DNA of 64,000 nucleotides from the human T2T-CHM13v2.0 reference genome, Homo sapiens: NCBI GenBank assembly GCA_009914755.4, contig CP086569.2, positions 62,208,001 to 62,272,000 of the forward strand, read 5' to 3'. Shown piece by piece: positions 15,831 to 26,763 of this stretch (position 1 is its first letter; each line of letters starts with the position of its first letter). The notes under the pieces were generated by a model. It saw only the letters and a program-made list of their open reading frames with translations, ran no database searches and was not told where the DNA came from. The position numbers and the translations under genes were made by a program.

Positions 15831-17499
15831 TAGCATCTACCTAATCTAGGAAGTGTTGAAGAAATAGATTAAAGATGACATATTAAAGACATATTAAAGA
15901 TAAGATCACATAGAGAGTGTGTAAACTATGGAATCTGGTGACATCCAAAAACATATCTCCAATCTGACCTCTCAGCTGAATACCTGACTTATGTGTCCAA
16001 CCATCTGCTTGGTATCTATTCTTCTATGTCTAGTAGGCATTTCAAATCTAATGTATCAAAAACAGAACTTGTAATCTGCCACACTCCCCTTGGCCTGATA
16101 AAAACCTGTTTCTTTCTCTGGCTTTCCTATATCACTAACTGGTATCACCATGCACCTAATTGCTCCAGCCAAAAACCTAGGTTTTTAGCCAATAGTGCTC
16201 CCTCTACAGCCACCACCTACCACCCCACATTTTGAAATAAGACCAAGATGTATCATTTCATCCATAAATATTTCAGCAAGTACCTCTAAAAGATAGGGAC
16301 TAATTTTTAAACATAATCACAATATCACATCTAAAGATAACTATTCCTTAATCATATCTAAAGATACTGTATCTAAGGGTAAGTATTCCTTAATATCATA
16401 TAATATCCATTTACTATCAAAATTTCTCTGGTTGTCTCCTACATTTTTTACAGTTTGTTTGCTTGAATCAGGATCCAAAGAAGGTGGATATATTGGAGTC
16501 GATTATTATATCTCTTTAATCTTTTAATTATAGGTTTCACTTCTCTTCTCCTTCCTTTTAATGTCTTTGTGGAAGAACCAGTTGTTTGTCCTGTAAAATT
16601 TCCCACACTCTGGATTTTGCTAATTGCTCCTTCCCCAAGGTGTCTTCCTTAACTCAGTAACTGATATCACCACTCACCAGTTCCTCTGACCCTGTATTTC
16701 CTATAGGTTGGTGTAGAGGTTTATCAGATACAAATGCAAATTTTAGCAAGAATAAATCATACGTGGTGTCCTTTATACTTCCTACTGCATCACGTCAGGA
16801 GGCACATATGTCTGGTTGTCTCTCTTTTTTTGTTAGGTTAACACTAATTAGTTTGTTCATGTATTGTCACCCTGATCTATCTATTATAAACTTCCCAATT
16901 AACTTTTCACCTAATAATTTTAGCAGTTTTTGATGATCTTTGCCTATAGCTGTCATTTCATTATAGTTTGCAAAGTGGTACTATCCTGTCATCCTTCCTG
17001 CATTTATAAACTGGGATTCCTCTATAAAGAAGAACTTTTCCATATCAACTATTTGGTTACCCTGAAGTACTTTCGTCAAGAAAGGCAGAATAAATGTTTG
17101 ATTCTTTTTTATTTACCCATTATAATGGATGGTTATTTCTGAAATAATGGGATGTAACAAATAACCCCCCAAATCTCAGTGACTTACAAGTATTTATTTC
17201 TTGTTCTTAGTCATTTGTGGTTTCTGTGGGCTCTACTGGGCTTGGCTAGGCTTGGCTCCAGAATAAGGGTTGAATTCAAGTCTGCCCCGTGCATCTTATT
17301 ACTGTGTGATCGCATCGAAGGCTACCCAGGGCATATTCTTTTCATGGAAGATAACAGAAGTACAAGAACAAACAAGTACATCGAAAGCCTCTGCTTGCAC
17401 CACGTCCACTCACATTCCAATATACAACATAAGTTATACAGCCAAGCCAAATATACTAGAATGTTGTATTGTCTACCTTTATACTAGAGTGTTGAGCTC

Positions 17500-17504
17500 A
17501 AAAC
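17500..17504. repeat. target-site duplication AAAAC (left copy) of the chimeric provirus
   Basis: …gagctcAAAAC|TGTTGGGG(LTR). The same pentamer follows the other LTR at 20771-20775. Confidence 0.7.
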
Positions 17505-18042
17505 TGTTGGGGTGATCGGACCCAGCACCAGGTTGTGGGGGTGATGAAGTCCAGTGGAGTCAAAGGAATGAGAAAAGACAGTTTGAGAAAGTGGGTCCAG
17601 GCGGCCATTGCTAAGTATGGAGGCTGCAAAGTCCCCGAGCTCTGGAAGTCCAGACGATTTATTAGTGATCAGACAAAGAAACAGGTGGTGAAAATGTGGG
17701 GGTCGAAAGGATATGTTGCATTAAGCACATGATTTACAGCTGTGATGGTTTAGCATTGATATGGCCAATTCTAAGACACAATCAATCTAGGAGCCTGAGA
17801 GGGCTAGAAGCAAGGAGCCAGCAAGTCTAGACACATTCCAGAGGCCATGAAGGGTTTTATGCCCTGGGCTTAGATTATGGTGCATCAGGGTAGCCTTCCA
17901 CCCTTTAGCACAGAGCTTGGTGTTCCAAAGGCCACGAGAGGTTTTAGACCCTGGACCTTGGACATGTTCCAAGACTCTTTTACATTATTTCAGACATGCA
18001 AGCCCTGCCTCTGTTTCTCCCAACACTCAGCTTCTCCCAACA
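17505..18042 (-). repeat. 3' LTR of the chimeric provirus (element sense is minus)
   Basis: On the plus strand the repeat reads TGTTGGGGTGATCGGACCCAGCACCAGG… and ends …CTCAGCTTCTCCCAACA. It is about 90% identical by eye to 20187-20770. AATAAA lies on the minus strand at 17658-17663. Confidence 0.85.
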
Positions 18043-18044
18043 TG

Positions 18045-18060
18045 CCCCCCTTTTCTTTTT
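18045..18060 (-). promoter_or_regulatory. polypurine tract (PPT) immediately upstream of the 3' LTR
   Basis: The minus strand reads AAAAAAGAAAAGGGGGG-CA-TGTTGGG(LTR), the same as the HIV/MLV PPT consensus AAAAGAAAAGGGGGG. Confidence 0.8.
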
Positions 18061-18146
18061 TGTAAAACCGCCACAGCTATCATTGCTTGTTCTTGATGGC
18101 AGCTTTCTCTTCGGAGGTGGCTTCCTCTTCAGAGGCGGCTTCCTCT

Positions 18147-18620
18147 TCAGAGGCAGCTTCCACATCTGCAGACTAAAAGGAGACAGCACAAGCATACAAC
18201 CACCAGAAAAAAATCCACAAACGTAGAGCCTCCAATGGCCTTCAACTGTAAATCTTTTGGAATGGGATAAGAGTTTTTAAGGATCTCAGTTGCAATATAA
18301 ATAGAGGGCGATGTCTCCCATGGTCTATTTAGAGACACAGGGATCCAAACTCCTTCCCTGGCTTTAATTATCAAGATAATTTGATTTTTATCAAAGGTTG
18401 AATTAATGCAGGTAAACAAGCGACATTCGGGGCATGTAATAAAATGTGTATTTATATCAAGAGTAACATTTCCTATTGCTAGCGCAACTTTGAATCCAAA
18501 AGGTCCTGTCGGAGAGAAAAGAAAGAGCATCTTTATCCTTCCTTGCCTCCTCCTCTCTATTCCTTTTATATTTGCCCTCTCAGATTTTGATTGGACTTTG
18601 AGCCATAGCTAATTTCCATA
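18147..18620 (-). pseudogene. betaretroviral (HERV-K-type) env remnant: SU C-terminus fused to the TM membrane anchor, with a large internal deletion
   Basis: ORF 18147-18530(-) reads …[62 protein letters not shown]…[26 protein letters not shown]. Compare HERV-K Env …[56 protein letters not shown]… and …[28 protein letters not shown]. The fusion peptide and ectodomain in between are missing. Confidence 0.75.
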
Positions 18621-18639
18621 ATTCAGAATGTTCCTGTCT

Positions 18640-18920
18640 GTCCCTGCAAATCTCTGCTAGTCTTCACTACTCACTACTCTCTACTTCTGTACCTCTTTAA
18701 GGCACTGACCAGAACCTCTTTAGGGCACTGACCTTATATTACTAGTCTTTACTATTGTACCTCTTTAGGGCACTGACTTTATATTGCTAGTCTTCACCTA
18801 TCTCTATCTGTCCCTGCCTGTCTCTATGGTACCTGTTAGTTCCTGCAAGTTCCCGTCTTTCCCTACTTAGCTGTACTTACTTAGCTCTACTTACTTAGCT
18901 CTACCTCTTCCTGGAAACCT
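18640..18920. repeat. minisatellite-like tandem repeats between the TRPC6 fragment and the env remnant
   Basis: Three units of roughly 38 bp (…ctctttaaggcactgaccagaacc / tctttagggcactgaccttatattactagtcttt / cctctttagggcactgactttatattgctagtcttc) and cttacttagctctac in about 2.5 copies at 18880-18915. A separate 15-mer gcttcctcttcagagg occurs 3 times at 18110-18172. Confidence 0.7.
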
Positions 18921-19790
18921 TTTTTATGACCCTGGGTAGAGCTCAGAAATCCACCCTTTAAGCTTCAGCAGGAGACAAAACAGGGACCCTGGACCCGGCA
19001 CCAGATTGAAGGGAACAGGAAGTGCTCTCCCCTCCCCAAAGCAGGAAAACCAGAGTTTGGCCCTTGCAAATTTCCACTCCACATCAGCGTCATCCTCAAT
19101 TTCCTGGAGTGAACTGTTGATCATTGCAATTAACATATTTAGCAAAACAATGACCATTGTAACATCATAGACTCCATAAAGAACATAACCAATGTTTTCA
19201 ATGAATTTGTGGCTATAGTTGATGACCACTGATTTCACTGCAGAAAGCACAAATGTAGCCCAGAACAGTGTCTTAAAACTCTCTTCAACTGTTGTGAAGG
19301 CTTCATTTTGTTTTACATCAATGTAGTAGGAGTAGAGGTTGAACATTCCAATCATAAAGGCCACAAACACCATAATGAATATGAGCATGAACCTGAAGAT
19401 GTCTTTGACTGCTCCTCCAAGCGACATCTGCAGAGGTCCAAAGCTTTCATTTGCTGGCAAAATACAAGCTATCCCAGAGAAACTCAAAACCACAGCAACT
19501 GCACAAAGACCTTCAGACACCATACGAGGATCCGAGGGGTCCCACTCCCTCCTGGCCAAACTGTAGTATTTCACATTATCTCCCAATGTTACTTTTGTCA
19601 AGTCCTTCAAAGTATCACTTGCATCAGTGATGCTCTGGGCTTTGGAAGCATGCCAGAATGCCCTGAATCTTGCAATGAATGATGCTGATAAAATTGCTAA
19701 CATACCAAAATCAAGCATGTTCCACAACTCAAACAAATATTCCTTGGGGCCTTGAGTCCAAATTTCTTTACATTCAGCCCATATCATGCC
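18860..19790 (-). pseudogene. TRPC6: TRPC6-derived intronless (cDNA-like) fragment inside the provirus. It covers the transmembrane, pore and TRP-box region, has a 304-codon open frame (18924-19838), and then a frameshift
   Basis: Minus ORF: …[33 protein letters not shown]…NESFGPLQ…[12 protein letters not shown]…[33 protein letters not shown]…LPVPFNLVP…[12 protein letters not shown]. This is co-linear with human TRPC6 ([23 protein letters not shown]). Past the stop, a 1-bp shift restores [10 protein letters not shown]…LSK, matching TRPC6 [11 protein letters not shown]…LSKLS. There is about 88% amino-acid identity to my recollection of TRPC6. The region spans several TRPC6 exons, so it is spliced. 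The first 16 codons ([16 protein letters not shown]) are not TRPC6. Confidence 0.85.
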
Positions 19791-20163
19791 TCTGTGCTCA
19801 TTAAATCTGTTTTTCTCTAGCAGAGGCAGGTTAACCATGAAACTGAAGCTTCAAGATGACTTTACTTGCCCAGGCTCCTTCTAAGTCCTCACTTTGTCTT
19901 CTGTTTCTCTAAATGGGGCCCTCTGAATAAACAAGCCTCAGATTCCCCTGGTCTTACCCCATGCCTCACCCTCTTCGTAATAAGTGCCTTAAGAAATTCA
20001 AGTAAGCAGAATGTTTGCTTTCACTTTGTCCCATCATTGTTAACCTGGTTCTTCCGAGTGCTAAGCTTTCCCACCGAGCTTCTTTCAGTTATCCTCGGGT
20101 GTCCTTTGACAATGCATCCTCCGCTTTCACACGCTCTAGTGTTCCTTCACCGGGATCTTTGTT

Positions 20164-20182
20164 GCCTCACGTTGGGCAGCCA
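20164..20182 (-). promoter_or_regulatory. primer binding site complementary to the tRNA-Lys(CTT) 3' end (PBS-Lys, HERV-K class)
   Basis: The minus strand, 4 nt after the LTR end (…CCCCAACA TTCC), reads TGGCTGCCCAACGTGAGGC versus the canonical Lys1,2 PBS TGGCGCCCAACGTGGGGC (one inserted T and one G>A). Confidence 0.7.
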
Positions 20183-20186
20183 GGAA

Positions 20187-20770
20187 TGTTGGGGTGATCG
20201 GACCCAACACCAGGTCATGGGAGCGATGAAGTCTGGTGGAGTCAAAGGAATGAGAAAAGACAGTTTGAGAGAGAAAGTGAGTTCAGGGGGCCATCGCTAA
20301 GTATGGAGGCTGTGAAGGCCCCGAGCTCTGGAAGCCCAGACTATTTATTGGTGATCAAAGAAACAGGTGGTGAGAATGTGGGGTTGAAAGGGCGCATTGC
20401 ATTAAGCACAAGATTTACAGCTGTGATGGTTTAGCATATGCTCTGCTACTTGAGATAATGGAGAGCAGGTTCTTTTAACTGAAGATACAATCAATCCTGG
20501 GAGAGCAAGGAGCAAGGAGCCAGCAAGTCTAGACACATTCCAGAGCCACGAGCCCTGGATTCTATCCAAGCCACGAGGGGTTTTATGCCCTGGGCTTAGA
20601 TTATGGTGCATCAGGGTAGCCTTCCACCCTTTAGCACAGAGCTTGGTGTTCCAAAGGCCACGAGGGGTTTTAGACCCTGGACCCCGGACATGTTCCAAGA
20701 CTCTGTTACATTATGTCAGACATGCAAGCCCTGCCTCAGCTTCTCTCCCAACACTCAGCTTTTCCCAACA
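20187..20770 (-). repeat. 5' LTR of the chimeric provirus
   Basis: TGTTGGGGTGATCGGACCCAACACCAGG…CTCAGCTTTTCCCAACA. It is about 48 bp longer than the 3' LTR because of two small insertions or deletions (around 20440-20485 and 20540-20590). AATAAA lies on the minus strand at 20344-20349. Confidence 0.85.
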
Positions 20771-20775
20771 AAAAC
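20771..20775. repeat. target-site duplication AAAAC (right copy)
   Basis: (LTR)CCCAACA|AAAACtacatttactg. Confidence 0.7.
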
Positions 20776-21639
20776 TACATTTACTGAAATCCCTTTATTT
20801 GTATGGTTTCATATTAGAAGAAACTGTGTGATTAGGAGGTAAAAGTAAAACAATGGCTATAATTCTTGGAGGGTCTTCATGGTCAGATACTGCTGATTAT
20901 CCATTGTTATGTAGCAAATTGTCCCAAGATTTAGTGGCTTATAAACTTATTATTATCTCTAATGGTTCTGTGAGTTGACTAGGTTCAGCTGAGTGGGTCT
21001 TACAGTTTGTCAGATGGTGTCTGGGGGCTGGATTTCTCTAAATAGTCAGCTGGACTGGGCCTCCAAGATGGTTCATGCACATGGTTGGATGTTGGCTGGG
21101 AATTCAGCTGGTGCTATAGACTAGAGCACTTACATGTGGCCTCATCATGTGGCTAGGGCTTCTACAGCATGGAAGCTGGATTCTTTGAGGAAGCATTCCA
21201 ATAGTGAGTGTTCTAAGTGGCAGGAATCCATTTTCATGCCAGGTAAGTGCTGTGCCCAGAACTGGTATTGTACCATTTACACCATCATCTGCTAGTCAAA
21301 GTATTCACAGTTAGTTCCAGGCCCAATGGGATGGAGAAATACACTCTACCTCTTGTTGGGGGAGTGGCAAGTCATATTGCAGAAGAGCATGTAAGATGGA
21401 ATATATTATTGCATCCATCTTTGAAAAATACAAATATACCACAAATATGGTGATGAACAGATGCAAAGGTCCCTGACAGATTCCAATTTGTCATCACTTC
21501 CTCTGCTCAGCATTTAGCTCATCTTTCCAACTGCTGACCCTGCTGACCAAAAGCAGCTCTAGATTCACAATCAAAAGCTAGGTCCCAAAGAGGTGATACC
21601 ATACACAGAGACAAAAGCTTCCCATAGGCCTCTAAATGA

Positions 21640-22920
<1,281 letters not shown>

Positions 22921-24075
22921 GTACACTGCAAGATTTTTGTACATACTTTTTGTAAGGCTGAGTTGCAGGAAGGCTTTTATTTTTTTCTCCTTTGGCTTCT
23001 TCACCCAGAGTTGGTGCTGTCTCTTCCCCATATACCTCTGGAGACCAGCAAGGGCCCAGACCCAGGGACCCTTTTTGTGCCCACACATGCTGCTGCAGCT
23101 TTACCCTGCAGTCCTCAATGTTTTGGGCCACATCTGCAAGATCAAGTAAGATGGTGACTTGGAAACACTGCATTTTGGGGATACCGAGCAAGAAGTTGAA
23201 AGGATGCTCAGGGCCCATCATGAATTGCTTATATCCAACAGAGCTATAAAAATTTTTAGTCCCTCCTCTTCCCAAAATTTCCCAGCATATTTCATTTTTT
23301 TCTTAAAATACTTAAGATCAGAGTAGAGGGGAAGAGAATAATCAGGAAGTGCAGTGAGAACTAAGTTCTGCACCAAAGCTTTATATTTACTTTGGGTTTC
23401 CAGTGAACAACTGCTCAAGCCTAACAAATTAACTTCTAATGTTTTGCTCTGCTCAAAGCTCTATATCCTCACTGCTGATGGTATTTTAGTATTGTCGGTT
23501 CTTTGATTCAGCATTCACACCATACCTTGCCTTTTGGCTGGAACCCCAGGGCTTGCCACCCCATTGCCATCATGACATGCCTTCATCCTCCCACCCAGAA
23601 GTAAATGAACAATAATCAAAGCACCATTGGGATTTTTTTTTTCAATTCTTAGCCTCATTAACAGCTAGAGAAGTGGAGGACCCTTATTCCCACCCTGGTC
23701 TGTCCATCACTGGGTAGAAACCGTTCACTATTAGATTCCGAGCAGTCTTCTCATATCGACTAACACAGCCTGCACCTATACTCATTTTCAAAACTGTCAA
23801 GAACTGTGAAGGATCTACAATTTTACCCTACTTACAAGGTAATGAGATAGCCTATTACTGTTCAATGGATGCTGGCAGAAAATATGAGGCTCCTCGATTG
23901 ATACTTGCACATGTAATGGGTTGCATTATAGGAGAGAAACACTACAACTGGGGTATTCATTTCTACAGTGAACCCCTGCATTTTGTCCAAAGGAGAGACA
24001 TAATGTCATCACTTTGGGTTGCTCACTGCAAACACAACCCTGAGAAACAACAAAGGTAAAAAGTATTCAGGACTG

Positions 24076-24376
<301 letters not shown>

Positions 24377-24439
24377 TCAGGACTTTGCATTTTTGGCATA
24401 CCTAGCAAGAAGTTGAAAGGATGCTCAGGGCCCATCACA

Positions 24440-25737
24440 AATGTTAGTTTGCTAAGGACAATGGCTTCCAGCTCCATCCATGTCCTAGCAAAGGACATAA
24501 TCTCATTCTTTTTATGGCTGCATAACATTCCATGGTATATATGCACCACATTTTCTTTCTTTAGTCTATCATTGATGGGCATTTAGGTTGATTCCATGTC
24601 TTTGCTATTCTGAATGGTGCTTCAATAAATATATGCATGCATGTGTCTTTATAACAGAACAATTTATATTCCTTTGGGTATATACCCAGTAATGGTATTG
24701 CTGGGTCAAATGGTATTTCTGTCCTTAGCTCTTTGAGGAATGACTACATTATCTTCCACAATGGTTGAAATAATTTACACTCCTACATACATTTGTATAA
24801 GCGTTCTTTTTTCTCTATAACCTTGCCAGCCTCTGTTATTTTATGTCTTTTAATAATGGCCATTCTGACTGGTATTAGATGGTATCTCATTGTAGTTTTA
24901 ATTTGCATTTCTCTAATGATCAGTGATATTGAGCTTTTTTTTAATGTGATTGCTGGCCACATGCATGTCTTCTTTTGAAAAGTGTTAGTGTCCTTTGCCC
25001 ACTTTTTATGAAGTTGTTTTTTTCTTGTAAATTTGCTTAAGTTCCTTATAGATGCTGGATATTAGACCTTTGTCAGATGCATAGTTTGCAAAAATGTTCT
25101 CCCTTTCTGTAGGTTGTCTGTTTACTCTGTTGATAGTTTCTTTTGCTGTGCAGAAGCTCTTTAGTTTAATTATATCCCATTTGTCAATTTTTGTTGTTGT
25201 TGCAATTGCTTTTGGTGTTTTCGTCATAAAATCTTTGCCCATGCCTATGCCCTGAATGGTATTGCCTAGGTTGTCTTCCAGGGTTTTTATAGTCTGGGGT
25301 TTTACATTTAAGTCTTTAATCCATCTCGAGTCAATTTGTGTATATAGCATAAGGAAGGGGTGCAGTTTTAATCTTCTTCATATAGCTAGACAGTTATTCC
25401 AGCGCCATTTATTGAATAGGGCATCCTTTCTCCATTGCTTATTTTTGTCAGCTTTGTCAAAGATCAGATCATTGTAGGTATCTTGTCTTATTTCTGAGTT
25501 CTGTCTTCGGTTCTGTTGGTCTATGTGTCTGTTTTTGTACCAGTACCATGCTGTGTTGGTTACTCTATCCCTGTGGTATAATTTGAAGATGGATAGCATG
25601 ATGTCTCCAGCTTTGTTCCTTTTGCTTAGGATTGCCTTGACTAATCGGGCTATTTTTGGTTTCATGTGAATTTTAAAATAGTTTTTTCTAGTTCTGTGAA
25701 GCATCTCAATGCATACTACCTGATTTTAAGAATTACT
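24440..25737 (-). mobile_element. L1 (L1PA/L1PB-type) ORF2 3' half, antisense. It is truncated at its 5' side by the full-length L1PA insertion
   Basis: The plus strand reads antisense L1: …gcatttaggttgattccatgtctttgctattctgaatggtgcttcaataaatatatgcatgcatgtgtctttataacag…cccactttttatgaagttgtttttttcttgtaaatttgcttaagttccttatagatgctggatattagacctttgtcagatg…ctgtgaagcatctcaatg. Confidence 0.85.
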
Positions 25738-26763
25738 GGGGTCCGTTCCAGGATGGCCAAATAGGAACAGCTCTGGTCTGCAGCTCCCAGCATGATTGAT
25801 GCAGAAGACGGGTGATTTCTGCATTTCCAACTGAGGTACCTGGTTCATTTCATTGGGACTAGTAGGACAGTGGGGACAGCCCATGGAGGGTGAGCAAAAG
25901 CAGGGCGGGGCATTGCCTCACCCAGGAAGCGCAAGGGGTCGGGGGATTTACCTCTCCTAGCCAAGGGAAGCCGTGACAGACTGTACTGGGAAAATTGGGA
26001 CACTGTCACCTAAACACCAAGCTTTTCCAACAGTCTTAGCAAATGGCACACCAGGAGATTATATCCCACGCCTGGCTCAGTGGGTCCCACTCCCACGGAG
26101 CCTTGCTCACCGCTAGTCTGAGATCAAACTGCAAGGTGGCAAGCCTGGCTGGGGGAGGAACGTCCACTGTTGCTGAGGCTTGAGTAGGTAAACAAAGCGG
26201 CCAGGAAGCTTGAACTGGGTGGAGCCCACCTCAGCTCTAGGAGGCGTGCGTGCCTCTGTAAACTCCACCTGTTGGGGCAGGGCATATCTGAACAAAAGGC
26301 AGCAGAAACTTCTGCAGACTTAAACGTCCCTGTCTGACAGCTCTGAAGAGAGCAGTGGTTCTCCTAGCATGGTTTTGAGCTCTGAAAATGGACAGACTGC
26401 CTCCTCAAGTGGGTCCCTGAACCCCACGTAGCCTAACTTGGAGATACCTCCCAGTAGGGGCCAACTGACACTTCACACAGCCGGGTGCCCCTCTGAGACG
26501 AAGCTTCCAGAGGAAGGATCAGGCAGCAATATTTGCTGTTCTGCAATATTTGCTGTTCTGCAGCCTCTACTGGTGATACACAGGCAAACAGAGTCTGGAG
26601 TGGATCTCCAGCAAACTCCAACAGACCTGCAGCTGAGGGACTTGACTGTTAGAAGGAAAACTAACAAACAGAAAGGAATAACATCAACAAAAAGGACATC
26701 CACACCAAAACCCCATCTGTAGGTCACCATCATCAAAGACCAAAGGTAGACAAAACCACAAAG

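Larger units (their letters stand above)
17505..20770 (-). mobile_element. Chimeric HERV-K-like (betaretrovirus, PBS-Lys) provirus-like element. It has a 5'LTR, PBS, leader, spliced TRPC6 cDNA fragment, deleted env remnant, PPT and 3'LTR, with no gag or pol
   Basis: Two direct repeats of about 540 and 584 bp (17505-18042 and 20187-20770) both start TGTTGGGG and end CCCAACA, forming a TG…CA inverted terminal repeat. On the minus strand the 5'LTR is followed by TTCC TGGCTGCCCAACGTGAGGC, which is near-identical to the tRNA-Lys(CTT) primer binding site TGGCGCCCAACGTGGGGC. AAAAAAGAAAAGGGGGGCA sits directly upstream of the 3'LTR. A 5-bp AAAAC duplication flanks the element. The internal region contains a TRPC6-homologous ORF and an HERV-K env-like ORF, both in the element's sense. 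Confidence 0.85.

Noticed and set aside
18110-18172. Considered whether the repeated PLKRKPP peptide (ORF 17980-18195, minus) is a nuclear localisation or basic domain of a viral protein
   Set aside because: It arises from a 15-bp tandem repeat read in an alternative frame that crosses the PPT and LTR boundary. It is a repeat artefact.
18924-19838. Possibility that the TRPC6 ORF is an intact, selected retrogene
   Set aside because: It covers only an internal third of TRPC6, with no ankyrin repeats, no N- or C-terminus and no proper start. It has about 12% residue changes, including conserved pore-region positions, and is followed by a frameshift. All of this is consistent with neutral decay. 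It is retained as a finding only because of the unusual vector.
19866-20300. 144-aa plus-strand ORF overlapping the provirus leader and 5' LTR
   Set aside because: It is antisense to the element, has no homology I recognise, and crosses the LTR boundary. It is most likely a chance ORF in GC-moderate sequence.
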